Shown here: in pieces, positions 23,075 to 35,195 of the stretch
How positions within the stretch are numbered: the first letter of the stretch is position 1
How the letters are laid out: each line of letters opens with the position of its first letter
NCBI GenBank assembly: GCA_000388065.2
Contig: KB932209.1
Length of the DNA stretch: 53,393 nucleotides
Reading direction: 5' to 3' (one strand)
From: Fonticula alba ATCC 38817
Lineage: Eukaryota > Protista > Nucleariida
Program-made: the position numbers and the translations under genes
Notes under the pieces: generated by a model
Database searches by the model: none
What the model was told of the DNA's origin: nothing
Seen by the model: only the letters and a program-made list of their open reading frames with translations

Positions 23075-24358
23075 ATGGAGCTGCAGGAGCTCATCCCCCA
23101 GTCGCAGATTCGCTGCTCCCTCACGCATGCCTTCGGCCGGCCGCCGCAGCGTGACTCAACTCTCCTCTTTCACCCGCACACCTTCTGGGTCTATCGGTCA
23201 GACACCGATGTGGAAGTGGTGCGGTTGCCCCTCTTCTTTCTGTCTGCCCCCCTCTGTCACATCATCTTTGTCCTTCTCTCGCCCGCTCCTTTCCCATGCT
23301 TTCGACCGGGTCCCGAGCGAGCACCCCTCTTCTGACCTCGATGTCGTCTGTCCCGGTCGCAGTACTCCTACAAACTTGTGAGTTCGCTGCATGTGGCGCG
23401 CCTGCCCCGCACCCCGGCGTCCAAGCGCTCGGCCGATCCCCCGGCCCCGGCCCCGGGAACACAAGTCCCCGCCGTGGAGAAGCTCTTTGTCTACTTTAAG
23501 ACATTCCACACGTTGGCTGTGGTGCCGCTGCTCCCCGGCGACATGGCCCTCATCGTGCGGACCCTCTCAACCATGAGTGCGATCGGTGCGCCCCCTCCCC
23601 CCCCCCCCCCCCCCTTCCTTTCTCCTCGCCGCATGTGGGCCGGGGTCCAGCTCCCCGTGCGCCGCTGGCTTCTTCCTCATCGCCCCCTCGCGTCAAAAAC
23701 ACAAAGTCCACTGTCCTTCATGCCCCCCTCCCCCCTCCCTCCTACTCACGCCGCGGCTCCCGGGTCTACAGCTGTTCCCCGGCTCCTGCCTGCTTTTGAC
23801 TTCCGGATCGAGTCGATCCTCCTGCCGACCGACATTGCCGAGCTCTCGAATGTTGAGCCCTTGACCTCCGGCCCCAGCATGGCCCCTCTGGACCAGAGCT
23901 TCAATCCCTTCGCCACGCCTTCCAGTTCGACCGCCTCGCTGTTGGCCGGCGGGGCCCCCTCCTCCCCCTCCTCGTCTTCCTCCTCCTCGTTGGCCACCTC
24001 CGCCGGGCGGCCATTGTCCTCGTTGGCCGACTGGTGTGGCTTTGGGTCCGGGCTTGGACGTCCGATTATCCCCCTGTCCGCCGAGACCTCGCCCTCTATC
24101 CTGTCCGGGGAGGCATGGTGTGCGGCATTGCTCCGGCGTTGGGGCGTGTCAGCCCGGTCGCTGGAGATCACCTCGCAGAACTACGACTTCTCCGTGTGCA
24201 AATCCTACCCCCGGTCCTTCATCACCCCGGGCGGGTTGAAGTGCGACCTGCGCACCATCGCTTCCCTCTGTACCGGCGGGCGATTGCCGATTTTGGCGTA
24301 CTTCCGGCCGGATCGGCCGATGCCCACGCCCGGCGGCGGCGGACACCCCGCTGCCGCT

Positions 24359-24394
<36 letters not shown>

Positions 24395-25494
24395 ACCACC
24401 GCCGGGCCCACCACCGGCATCGCTGTCTATCGCTCGGGCATGTTTTTGCGCAATGCTCGGTGCCTTACCATCGACGTGTTTTTCCGCGAACTGGGCCGTG
24501 CTCTTGGAACTGAGGACGCCCTTTCGGTGATCGTGGACCCCCGGTCACCCAACAATGCCGGCGGTTTCTACGCCAATGCCGCGACACATGGCGGCCCGGA
24601 GCGCAACTTTCACATTTTCTTCGCCGGCCTGGAAACCTCGCAGGGGCTGCGGCCGGTCTTTGCGCGGATGCTCGGTGGTACGTTCTTCGACACGCGCGGG
24701 CGCATGCGTGGGTGGTGCATGTCCATGCATGGTCCCTTTCATTCGCCATTGGTTCAAATGGCTTGCCAGTCGAACTAATCCCCCCCCCCCCCCCCCCACC
24801 CCTGCCGGGTTGCATGCTGCCAGCTCTCAATGGCCCTGACAAGGGAATGGCCGCCTTCCATACGGACATCCTGCCCTGGTTGACGCAGGTTCAGAATGTC
24901 CTGGCTTCGGTGCGCCGGCTGTCGGACTTCATCCTGACCGGCAGCCTGGGTGCCTTGTTGGATACGCGCATCCCTTCCAGCGGGTCTGCCCTGCCTGCGA
25001 CCGGCGGGGCCGCCCCCGGCCAGCGCTTCCTCCTGGTGCAAGACGCCGATGATGGGTCGGATCTGGCTTCATTGTTGGTGTCCCTGGTGAAGGTCATTGT
25101 GGATCCGCACTACCGGACCCTGGGCGGCCTGCGAGACTTGATCGATGAGGATTGGTGTTCCTTCGGGTTCCGGTTCTCGGACCGCTGCGGCCAGCTGCCG
25201 GCCGCCGGGCAGACGGACATCTACGCCGTCGGCGCCGGGTCTGTGCCGGCCGCCGCGCCGGCCGCCAGCGGGGGAGCCACCGACGTGCATGAGACCCTCG
25301 GCGCGGTGCCCCCCTCGCCGATCCTGGTCCTCTTCGTAGAGTGCCTGCTGCGCGTGATGTCTGAGCTGCCACGCTCCTTCGAGTACAATGAGCTGGCTGT
25401 TCTGTCGCTCTTCGATGCCATGCACTCATGTCAGTTCGGTGCGTATGCTTCGTCTGCCTTTCCCTTTGGCTCCTCCCTCCCTCTCCCCCACTCT

Positions 25495-25525
<31 letters not shown>

Positions 25526-26505
25526 GCTTCCTCTTCGATTTTGTCTGCTTTCCTTCTCCCCCGCTCTTTCCTCCTCAACCTTCTCCGGGCACAGCCACCA
25601 TTTGGCACGCTCGCCGCCCCACATGTCCAGGCCACTGACATCTCTGATCCCCATTGCGTTGTGCCACCACACAGGCAATTTCATTCTCAACAACGAGTTC
25701 TCCCGGTCCCGCGCCAACGCCACTCCCAGTCTGCAGGGTCTCCCCTCGGGCGGGGTTGGCATCGGCTCGCTGAGTTCCGGCTCGGTGGGATCTTTCTCGG
25801 CGGCTGGGCTTCACTTTGCCTCTTCACACGCCAGCCCATCGGCCCGGTCGGTCAGCATCCATTCATCGGAGCCCGCCCTGCCGGTGGTGGACAACGAGCT
25901 TCGGGTGCTGGAGGCTGTGCAGACTCCCAGCTTCTGGACCTACTATCGGGCCCCCTCCAGCCAGCGACGCTTCACCAATCGCTTCTACTCGGGGAAGATC
26001 CACCCCGGCCCGCTGCCGGTTTTCCCCGTCTCCCGGGACATCGGATCCATCCTGATGGGCTTCTACAGCCCGTCATGGTCACGGCATGCCGGGGGGACAA
26101 TCGCCCGGCTGGCAGGCATCCGGCCACTGGCCCTGGCCTCGGTCGGCCAACCGACCGTCATCCGTTCGGACCTTCGTGCACACCAGGACTTCTCTCCCGG
26201 CGTGGATAGTCGTTACTCGCAGCTGGGCGCGCGCCTGCAAGAGTGCGTGAGCCTCTTTCTTTCCCCCTCCCTCCCTCCCTCCCTCCCTCCCTCCCTCCCC
26301 TCCTCTCTCTCTCTCTCTCTCTCTCTCCCTCCTCCCCTCTTTCCCCGTGTGCTGTCTCTTCTGCACCGGCCCTCTCCGTCTTTCTTCGCTGACTCACGCG
26401 CTCCCTGTTTTCAGGCTCCGGAAGCAAATCAGCGAGCTGAAGGCCCAGCAGGCAGCCACCCTTGATCCGCCGGCATTAGAGGGGGATGGCGCTGAGGTTG
26501 CCTAG
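23075..26505 (+). CDS. Myotubularin-related protein, predicted inactive pseudophosphatase (PH-GRAM-like N-terminus, myotubularin domain, C-terminal coiled coil), multi-exon
   Basis: NYDFSVCKSYP, GRLPILAY, DPHYRTLGGLRDLIDEDWCSFGFRFSDRC, HSCQFG|NF and RLQE|LRKQISELK all match the MTMR6-9 layout. The catalytic HCSDGWDRT is replaced by VQDADDGSDLA. Confidence 0.9.
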
Positions 26506-27096
26506 CAGTTGGTCACTGGCCATCTTGTCCTTTTGCCCCCGTGTCTCCCCCGCTCCCCTGGTCTCTCCTGTCTCCCATCCCGTCCTCGCCCTGTCTTTTT
26601 TTGTTCGCCTGTTTGTCTCCCCTTTTCAAGGTCACCATTCCCCGAGTTTTGAGGGATGGCCTTGGGTCGGGGCCGAGTTGGGGCGGCCGCGAAACGCGCG
26701 CACACGCAAAAGTGTGCACGCGTGTTCGCACACAGAATGTGCCTGCGCCAGAGCAATATACCATCCGTTGGCAGTCGCCGTATTGCTCCGCGAGTTGCCG
26801 CCAGTGGAGAGGTGCCTGGAGCTGGGGCACGCGCGGGGGGGGGGGGGAGGGCGCAGCATGTTTCGAAAACACCACGATCTACCACCGCAAACGATCTGGT
26901 TTCTGCCGGCACAGGAGCCGGGGGCGGCGCGGCTGGCGGCGGGGGGGGATGGGCCGAGCCGTGGCTGTCAAGAGCCACTTGGACGCGGTGTGCGGTCTCC
27001 TCCTGTCTCTCCCTGCTTTGTGTGAGAAGGGGTTACTTCCGGCGTGTGCGGGGCGCCGCACTGATCGAGAGCGGCATCTGCGACAGCACGGCTGGG

Positions 27097-27170
<74 letters not shown>

Positions 27171-27546
27171 TGGGGCCAGATCGCGGCTCGGTCCTCCCTC
27201 GGCTTGTCCCGCTGCCTGTCTTTCGTGTCCCCGGGCGGGGGCTTCTTGTTGTGGAGAGGTGCCTGATCCCGAAGCAAGAATCTGGCATGCATCATCCCTG
27301 TCTGTTTCACCGCCGGCCGCCCTGTCCCTTGCGTCTTTCGGCAACAGACGTGCATGCGCGCCCATTGCTCGCACTGTCCCCTCCTGCCTCTCTCCCCCTC
27401 TCTCCATCCCCCCCCCCCCTCTCTCTCCCTCTCTCCATCCCCCCTCTCTTTCTTTCTCCTTGTGCCCTCCCTGCTCGCAGTGCCCGACAAGGTACCGCTC
27501 CGGCCCTCTCCGCTTGGATGGGCATCGAGCCTTTTGACGGAGAGGC

Positions 27547-30457
27547 ATGACCAGTGGAGATACTCCTGGCAACCGGAAGGCCACCGCCCTGAGCGAAGGA
27601 TCCTTCTATGGCACACACCCAAGCACGGTGCCCGGTAACCCTGGACCCGGGGGCACGGGTGATCCGCTACAAATAGGCGATCCTATTCGCAAAGCGCACC
27701 ATGCGCGGCTTCTTTCGTCAGTGGAACGGTCTCAGTACGTGCTGGCTTCCCCTCCGCTCTCCTCCCCGCGGTTCCCTCGGAGGGCCTTTCACCCTTCGGC
27801 CGTCTGGATAGTCCGTCTGCCTTTTCCGCCCCCCCCCCCCCCCCCTGTTCTTGTCTCACACCCACTCCTCGTCCTGGTGGGAGGGGGCCCCTCCTCAGGC
27901 GTAGCTGGTTCATGCTACAGAGCTTCCGTTTGCAAGAGGCCGTGGCTTTCTACGAGGACCATTGCTCATACCACCACCACGAGGCGGGCACCCGACACAC
28001 CATCCTCCGGCAGCCGGTCGGCTCGCGGCCCGTACGTACCCCCGATGACCCTGCCGGCGGCCGACCGCACGCGGCTGGCGTCCGGGTAGAAGATCACCCA
28101 GCTGGGGCTCCCTGTCGAAGCCCTCTGCTGTTGCTCATGGCCGAGGAGCCAGGCTTCCCCGCCGGCGCGGATGCTTCCCCCTCGCGAGGCAAACGCGGCC
28201 GCATGGATGACAGCCCCTCTCGGCGCTCGGCCACCAAACGCGTGTATTATGTGGCCTGTGCCTCGGCCTTCTGGCTGGGTGGCCTGCTGTACGTGCATTC
28301 GAGGCAGGGCCTACGGCACGTCGGCACCGTGGATGAGGCACCAGACTGACCCGCGCGGCCTTCCTCATGTTGCTCCTTGCTTACGCCCAGGGCTCGGGCT
28401 GACTTGTCACGGCATTTTTATGAATGGATTCCATCCGGTGCGTCGAGACATGTTGGCGCTTCGCGCCAGTCCTTCTGCCCCCCCCCCCCCCCCATGGCAC
28501 TTGTCTGTCCCCTCCCATCACCCGCACGGGCTATGCGACCGGCCTCTCACCGGCCTTTTCTCACCGGCCTTTCCCCTGTCCCGACATAGATGGCTTTTGT
28601 CGACTGTACTTCGACATCGAGTTTAGCCAGTCCAAGAACCCCCATATCGATGGCCCTGCCGCCGTCCGACGTCTGAAAGCAGTGCGTCTGCCTCGCTCTC
28701 GGCCTGGGCAAATCACGGGGCCCCCTTTCTGACCGCTCTCCTCCGTGGGAAAGTACATTGTCTGGATGTTGAACCGCCTGTATGGACCGGTGGCCCACGA
28801 GTCGATGTTCGTGCACTTGGAGTCGCGGGTGCGCACATGCCCCGACTGTGCGTCGTCCCTGGATCGGCCTCCCGATCCGCAGGTCGATCTGTGCCCCGGC
28901 TGCCAAGTGGCCCGGGAGCAAAATGACAAGTTCTCTTGCCATCTGCTGCTGGATGTTCCCGGGACGGCGTGGCGGGACTGCTCACTGGCCCAAGGCTGTG
29001 GGGGGTTTGTTCGATGGCTGCTGGCCGGCTTGAAGGACGCCCTGGATGTGTACCACGCGGTGGAGGGCCTTCAGGATGTCAGCCAGCCGACCGATGGCGA
29101 GCCGCCGGCCGGCCGAGGAATGGCCGCCGACATGGCCGCCGACATGGCCACCGAGTGCGGGCTCCCATCCACCACTCCGGACCCCGGAGGCCAGCATGCC
29201 TACGAAGTACTCCGGCGGCAAATTGCCCGAGTGGGCGGCGCCTCGGCCGGCCGGGGAATCCCCTTTTCGGCGGACTTGCGGGACGCCCTTTTGTGGGCCC
29301 CGCTGGCGCGGGACCTGACAGTGCGCGAGCGCGATCCCCTCCCCGGGCTGGGGTGCGACATGACCGGGCACACTTTCCTGATAGACATGGCGGTATACCG
29401 GCGGAATGGCATCTTCCGGACGTACCTATCCTCGAAGCTCCAAAAGCCGGCGGTGTTGCTGTCGGCCGAGGCTCCGGCCGGGGCCCGGCCAGATTGGCAT
29501 CTCTTTCGCCGGTCGCTGGTGTCGCTGGTTTCGGTCCCCACGCCGGAGGGCGGCATGGCCTTCCGATCGGGCCTGGCATTGGCGCAGGAGGCCCGGGCAT
29601 GTGCCCCGAGCCTGGGCCAGGCCCAGCCGACCTGTCCTCGCTGTCAATGGCGCACGGTGGTCCCCTTGCCAGACGGCCGGAAGGTGGACATCCTGAAAGC
29701 CCCGGGCGAGGCCTCCCTTCGGGACTGTGGGCAGCTGTGCCTCGAGCATGCGGCCGCCGATCACTGGCCATTGACCCTGCCCTCGGGGTCGCTCAACACG
29801 CGCCCGGTGATCCCGACGCCCGAGTGTGCGCGCTACCACAGGAAGCGGGAGAGGGGGGGGGGGGGCAGGGGGATGGTGGTGGTGGCGATGGTGGCGACGT
29901 CGAGATGTTCCCCTGCTCGCGCTGCCGCACCTCCTGCTAGTGGCACATCCTCATGGCCATTTCGCCGGCTGCTTCTGACCCCTTCACACCGTGGGTTGGC
30001 GCTCTAGCAATGGCCGCCCTGTCGGCGAATGTCCTCCTGGATGTGGAGTTTGCCGGGGACGAGCATGCCGATGGGGCTTCCCTGTCCCGGCAGGAGGCTC
30101 TGGTGCGCACGTTCACGGTCTACTTGGATCCTCAGCGCCGGGAATTCCGGGACTTCTTTCGGATCAACTCCATGTGTCTGCCGGGTAACCGGCCGCCGCA
30201 TGGCACTGGGCAGGGCGGGGAGACCGCGGCTCCGGAGGCGTTTGTGGAACAGCTGCGCGAATTGGGCTTCCACCATTTCATCGAGAGCCTCTGTGCTCGG
30301 CATGCTCGGGCCACCGGCAGCGCCGGCGATGCGGGTTTCCGCCTGCGGTCCATCCAGGTGTACCCCTCACGAAGTATGTCCTCTTGCATGCCCTCCCGCC
30401 AGCCCCGAGGGGGGCCGCCGGTCAGTCGGCCAGGTGCCGCTGAAATCAGATGACTGA

Positions 30458-30494
<37 letters not shown>

Positions 30495-30851
30495 GGTTTG
30501 GCCGCCCGACCGGCCTTTCGCCTTCCGCCCCCCTCCCTCGAAGTCGGGCTCTTCCGAATCAATATCACCCCAATGCCGCCCTGCCTGCAGCGGGGGCGGT
30601 GTCACCAGTCGAATGCCGTCTACTACCTGGCGGATTTCACGGCTGGTCGGGTTTCCCAACGCTGCTACGACCAGGATTGCATTGCCGAGGTCCAGGCCGG
30701 CCAGGGGACTGGCGATGCAGCCCTCCGCGGCTGGGCCCGGGGCTGGAGGGGCTCTGAAAGCATCCCCGATGAGGTTGTGCCCCCCTCGGTGGAGCTTGCG
30801 TACCTGCCCGGCGACCGGGCTCTCGGGGAAAACACACACCCAACACACTAG
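27547..30851 (+). CDS. PRIMPOL: PrimPol primase-polymerase (~820 aa). Exons 27547-27734, 27899-28288, 28391-28437, 28590-28681, 28754-29825, 30008-30373, 30544-30851
   Basis: CRLYFDIEF (DxE motif), KFSCHL (SxH), IDMAVYRRN, SSKLQK, and a UL52-type zinc finger C-x6-H...C-x4-C (PCLQRGRCHQSN...RCYDQDC). Seven exons total 2463 nt. Confidence 0.93.
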
Positions 30852-31695
30852 GATGTCTGGGCTCCTCTTTTTTCTTTTTTTTGGAAAGAGCCGATGACAT
30901 TCGCACCCTGTGTGGGCATGACACACTGGGAGGGTGGCAGGAGCGCGCGCGCGTGCGCGCGAGCTCAGGCCGACTCTTCCGTGAAATCTATCCGACGATA
31001 CCGACCTGAGGCGCGAATAAACATGGCAACGTCCGCCTTCCCGCAAAATAAAAGTTCTGCCACTCCTGACTGAAGCCAAGAGCAGCCTGCATCCCTGTGT
31101 GTGATGTTCTCCGGGGCGTGTATACTACTCAGTGGGTCCCACGCCAATCGAACCTCGGATGGTAGAATAATTAAAAACCTCTAGCTGTGTGTCCCCGCAA
31201 CGTTGTCCCGCCTTAGGCCGGCCCCCGGACACGGGGCCCGCGGGACAGTTAGCCGTCCAGCGGGCCGGCCATCAGCATCGTCGGCCGCCTCCACACCCTG
31301 TGGCGGCTAGCCCACAACTGACCGAGAAATTTAGCTTCCAAGGCCGAGCAGCACCCGCGGCGAGGCTCGGGCCCAGCTCGGTTAAGCACATGAGACGTGC
31401 ACAAATCACATGGGGGAGCACAATAGCGCCTGATCAATCCGAAGGCCTGCGCCGAGTCATCCCGTCTCTGGCACACCACAGCCCATGGTCGTGCTTCGAC
31501 AGAGGGGGGGGGCGTGTTTGGTGCCGACGACAAGGGCTACCAGGCTGACCTCGGCGACCGTCGATCAAGCACATGCCGCATCATCTCCCACCCTCTCTTC
31601 CCTTCGGCTTTGCCCCCCCCCCCCCCCCCTCCTCCCCTCCCCCTTGATCCCTTGCTTTCTGTTTCCCCCTTTCCCTCGGTAAGTCTGCCCCGTGC

Positions 31696-33193
31696 GTGAT
31701 GCTCGGCCTCCTTGGTGCCTCTCGGAGCGCGGCCGCCGCTTGGCGTCTGCCGACCCAGGTCGCGGTGGCAGCGGCTGTCGGTCCGATGCCCGGGCGAATG
31801 TTTGCCAGCCAGTCTGGCGGCAAGACGCCCACGACACCCACCCCCAGCACCCCTGCTCCTCCGAAGGATTTCATGAAGGCCATCTCCGAGTTGCCGGATC
31901 CGAAGTTGGATTACACCCACCAGGCAGATCCGGCGCCGGCAGCCAAGGACGGCCTGGTGGGGCGCCTGTTCCGGCCGTCCCCCCCGAAGGCCCCTTTGCA
32001 CCCGAGCAAGCTTGCGCCCAGCACGTCGGCCCTGCACCGGTACCTGGCCAGGAATGAGGAGGAGCTGAATATCTTTCTGCGCCGGGCGCCGGAGCAGGAA
32101 GTCCGGCCAGTGGGGCCGCCGCCTCCGCGTGTGGCCCGGGCCATGCGCAATGCCCACCGGTTCATCGCGCCGGATGTCCTGCGCCAAGCCGAGCAGGAGT
32201 ACAACGAGACGCGCTTTCTCATGTCCTACCAGGGCCTGGACGAGGACAACCTGATGGTCATCCTCCGGCACTTGGAGACGGCCGCCTCGCTGGGACACGT
32301 GCAGGCGTGCTATGAGCTGGGGTTCCTGATGTCGCGCGGCATCGCCGACTTGGACCGGAATATCTACCAGTGCGTGTGTGGACTGGCCCTGCTTCTAGCT
32401 CTTGCGCTCTCCACGGTCTTCCCCCCCCCCCCCCCCTCCCCCCGGCCCCTCTCTTGGCCTGACCTTTTCCATTTCGACCTAGGTCCAATCACTTTCTGCA
32501 TCATGCCGCCGAGGCCGGGCACCCGGATGCCATGTTCCTCCTGGCGATGACCATGCGTGGGACCCTGGAGCGCACGGTGGCCCGCGACCACCAGGAGTAC
32601 CTGGACTTGCTGGGTCGGCTTGTTGACGAATTCAACTACCCCCCGGCCAACATCATGTTGTCGAACGCCTACATGGCCGGCGATATTGTCCCGCTGGACA
32701 TCGGCCGCGCGGCTGAGCATGTCCGCCTGGCATTGATCGGCGACTCGATCGAGGATGGCGGCAAGGGGCCCCTCCCGGAGGCCAACCTCCTCTATGCCAT
32801 GTACCTCGTCCGCTATGGGGGTACGTGTGGGTTATGCATATTGACGCAGTCGCTTTTTTTTTCTCCCTCTCTGCGCGCCTCCCCAGGCCTCCCCTCTTGC
32901 ATGCCTCTTTTGGTCTCGCCTCTCATTTGCACATTTCAATCTCACCCTATTGTTGTTGCCCTCTTCCTCCTCCCGCCCCCCCCCCCTCCCCCTTGGCAGA
33001 TCAAACTCGCCCGGATCTCAGCTTCCGTGAGCGTATTGCCATGGCCTCGAGCCTTGCCGGCCGGGCAGCCTCCTTCACCAATCCCTTCCTCTTCAATGAG
33101 GAATTGCTCACCGTGGCCAATATCTGGTACTACTGCCTGTCGGATCTCGACGCCTGGCTGGAGTCGGTGAGCGATGGCAGCGCATTCGAGTGA
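31696..33193 (+). CDS. Sel1-like repeat protein with predicted mitochondrial presequence. Exons 31696-32369, 32483-32820, 33000-33193
   Basis: LETAASLGHVQACYELG and LHHAAEAGHPDAMFLLA fit the SLR consensus. The N-terminus is Arg/Ala/Ser-rich and lacks acidic residues. Confidence 0.75.
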
Positions 33194-33376
33194 GCGTGCA
33201 GTCTGCGCATTCGGCTGATACCCTCCTTTTTTCAATTATAGACAGATCACTTCCCTTTCTGCATGTGGTGTGTGTGTGTGTGTGTGTGTGAAGGTGGGGA
33301 GGGGGGGGCGGGTATGTGCGCGAGAGAAAGGATACTCATCTTTCTCTATCTTTTTCTGTCTTTCCCTCTTTCTCTG

Positions 33377-33407
<31 letters not shown>

Positions 33408-33944
33408 TGTCCTTTTGGCTCACGAACACTTCCCCAGAACATGTGTGGCGTCGCATCTGGGATGTGCTTTCGTTGTGGCGGTGACTCAGGGGGGGGCGGG
33501 CAGACGAGATCGCAAGGGCGATGTGCCAACCCATTACATTGGCACATGTAATCACGCGACAAGTACGCTATTCGGCGCCAAAGACCTGCAGCAAGTTGGA
33601 GCCCTCGCTCTGTTTTTGCCGTGCGTCGCCGTGGTGGTCAGCAGCGAGAAGGCGCTTGAGCCCGGTCCCGGTCCGAATGCCGGTCATGGAGAGTTGGAGA
33701 GAGAAAGAGGCGACCCCTCCTCCCCCCCACCTGCCGCCCTCTTTCAGCCGCCGCGGGAAGTGTCGCCTGGCCTCTGGGCGACCGCCACCAAAAGCCCGCC
33801 ACACCCCCTCCGTTCCCCACCCCCCCCTGTGTCTGCTCCTTTTTTTGTACCTTTCCCATCTTCCTCCCTCCCTCCCTCGCGCCCATTCGCCTGTTTTAGT
33901 CCGCCCTCCTCCACGCCCCACGTCCCGCCGCTTCGTCGCTCTCT

Positions 33945-34160
33945 CTCTCTCTCCCTCTCTCCCTCTCTCCCTCTCTCTCTCGCTCTCCCTCTCTCCCNNN
34001 NNNNNNNNNNNNNNNNNNNNNNNNNNNNNNNNNNNNNNNNNNNNNNNNNNNNNNNNNNNNNNNNNNNNNNNNNNNNNNNNNNNNNNNNNNNNNNNNNNNN
34101 NNNNCTCTCCCTCTCTCCCTCTCTCCCTCTCTCCCTCTCTCCCTCTCTCCCTCTCTCCCC
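33945..34160. repeat. (CT)-rich satellite (ctccctctct units) spanning the N-gap 33998-34104
   Basis: Direct inspection; the repeat flanks both sides of the gap. Confidence 0.85.
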
Positions 34161-34211
34161 TCCCCATTAGCTCCTGACACGCGTCCAACCGAAGCCCTCC
34201 CTTATTGCAAG

Positions 34212-34917
34212 ATGTTCCAGCTGGACTTCCCCGATGCCGAGGCTCACAATGTCCGTCCCCCAATGTTCTGTCCTGATCTTTCGCCAACCCGGCTTGCTCT
34301 TTCACTCCTTCACCACCCTCCCCGCTCTCTTGCTCGCCTCCCATCTCACCGACTTCCTTCGCCATCTGCCATGCTATCCCCCTCCCCCTCTCCATCCGCA
34401 TGCATACAGGAGTTCCTCCAGCTCAAGGCTCAGCTCACCAATGAGCGCCGCAAGGTCCAGAGCACCATGGGCATGCTGACTTCCCTGTCCCAGTCGTCCC
34501 AGCGTGACCAGCTGACCCTGAACCACCTGAAGGCCGTTGCCGAGGCCCAGGGCTCCGACACCCGCACCTTCCGTGTTGTTGGCCGCATGTGCGTTGACAT
34601 GTTTGCCCTTTCCCCCTCCCTTCCTGTCAGAACCCGGCTCGCCATACTTACCCACATTTCATCTTGCTCCTCCCCTCCCCCCCCCCCCCCCCCCCCCGAC
34701 ACCCATACATAGGTACATCGAGACTGACATGCCCACCATGCAGAAGAGCCTGGAGGAGGCGATCGAGAAGTCCAAGCATGAGGTTGAGCGCCTCAAGGAG
34801 ACCAAGGCCTCCCAGGAGCAGAGCGCCGTCGAGCTGGAGAAGCTCCTTCACCAGGCCATCGAAAAGTACAAGGTCGACGAGGGCGAGGACATGTCCGGAG
34901 CCACCAAGACCTTCTAA
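34212..34917 (+). CDS. PFDN1: Prefoldin subunit 1 (beta-type). Exons 34212-34250, 34410-34588, 34713-34917
   Basis: Helix-beta-hairpin-helix layout with TFRVVGRM|YI matching PFDN1 MYEGVGRMFI; size and phases are consistent. Confidence 0.75.
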
Positions 34918-35195
34918 AGCCCATCTTTCCCCCTTGCTTCGTCTCTCCCCCCCCCCCCCCTTGTGATCTCCTTCCTCTCTTTGTGGCTCCCTTCATTCAT
35001 GGGAGCTTCCCACTCGCCACACACGTACATGCCCACGCCTGTACATGCCGACAAACCACGACACCAAGAAATACACTGCCATATTTGGAAGATAGACACC
35101 CACACCCACGCCCACACCCACGCAGGCTGATGTCCACACACGTATGTATTTGCGAATGAGCCCTGTTTGCCGGCCAGCCGGCGCGCGCCAGAATC

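Noticed and set aside
29826-30007. Apparent frameshift and in-frame stop in PrimPol (PCSRCRTSC*), suggesting a pseudogene or read-through
   Set aside because: A phase-1 GTGCGC..TAG intron with a CTGAC branch-like site removes the region and restores the frame.
27547-30851. AEP primase as a sign of a virus, Polinton or plasmid insertion
   Set aside because: Seven-exon gene with host-type introns and cellular PrimPol motifs; no capsid, integrase or terminal repeats nearby.
31120-31175. GGTTCGATT on the minus strand, resembling a tRNA T-loop
   Set aside because: No T-stem pairing, no C61 and no cloverleaf.
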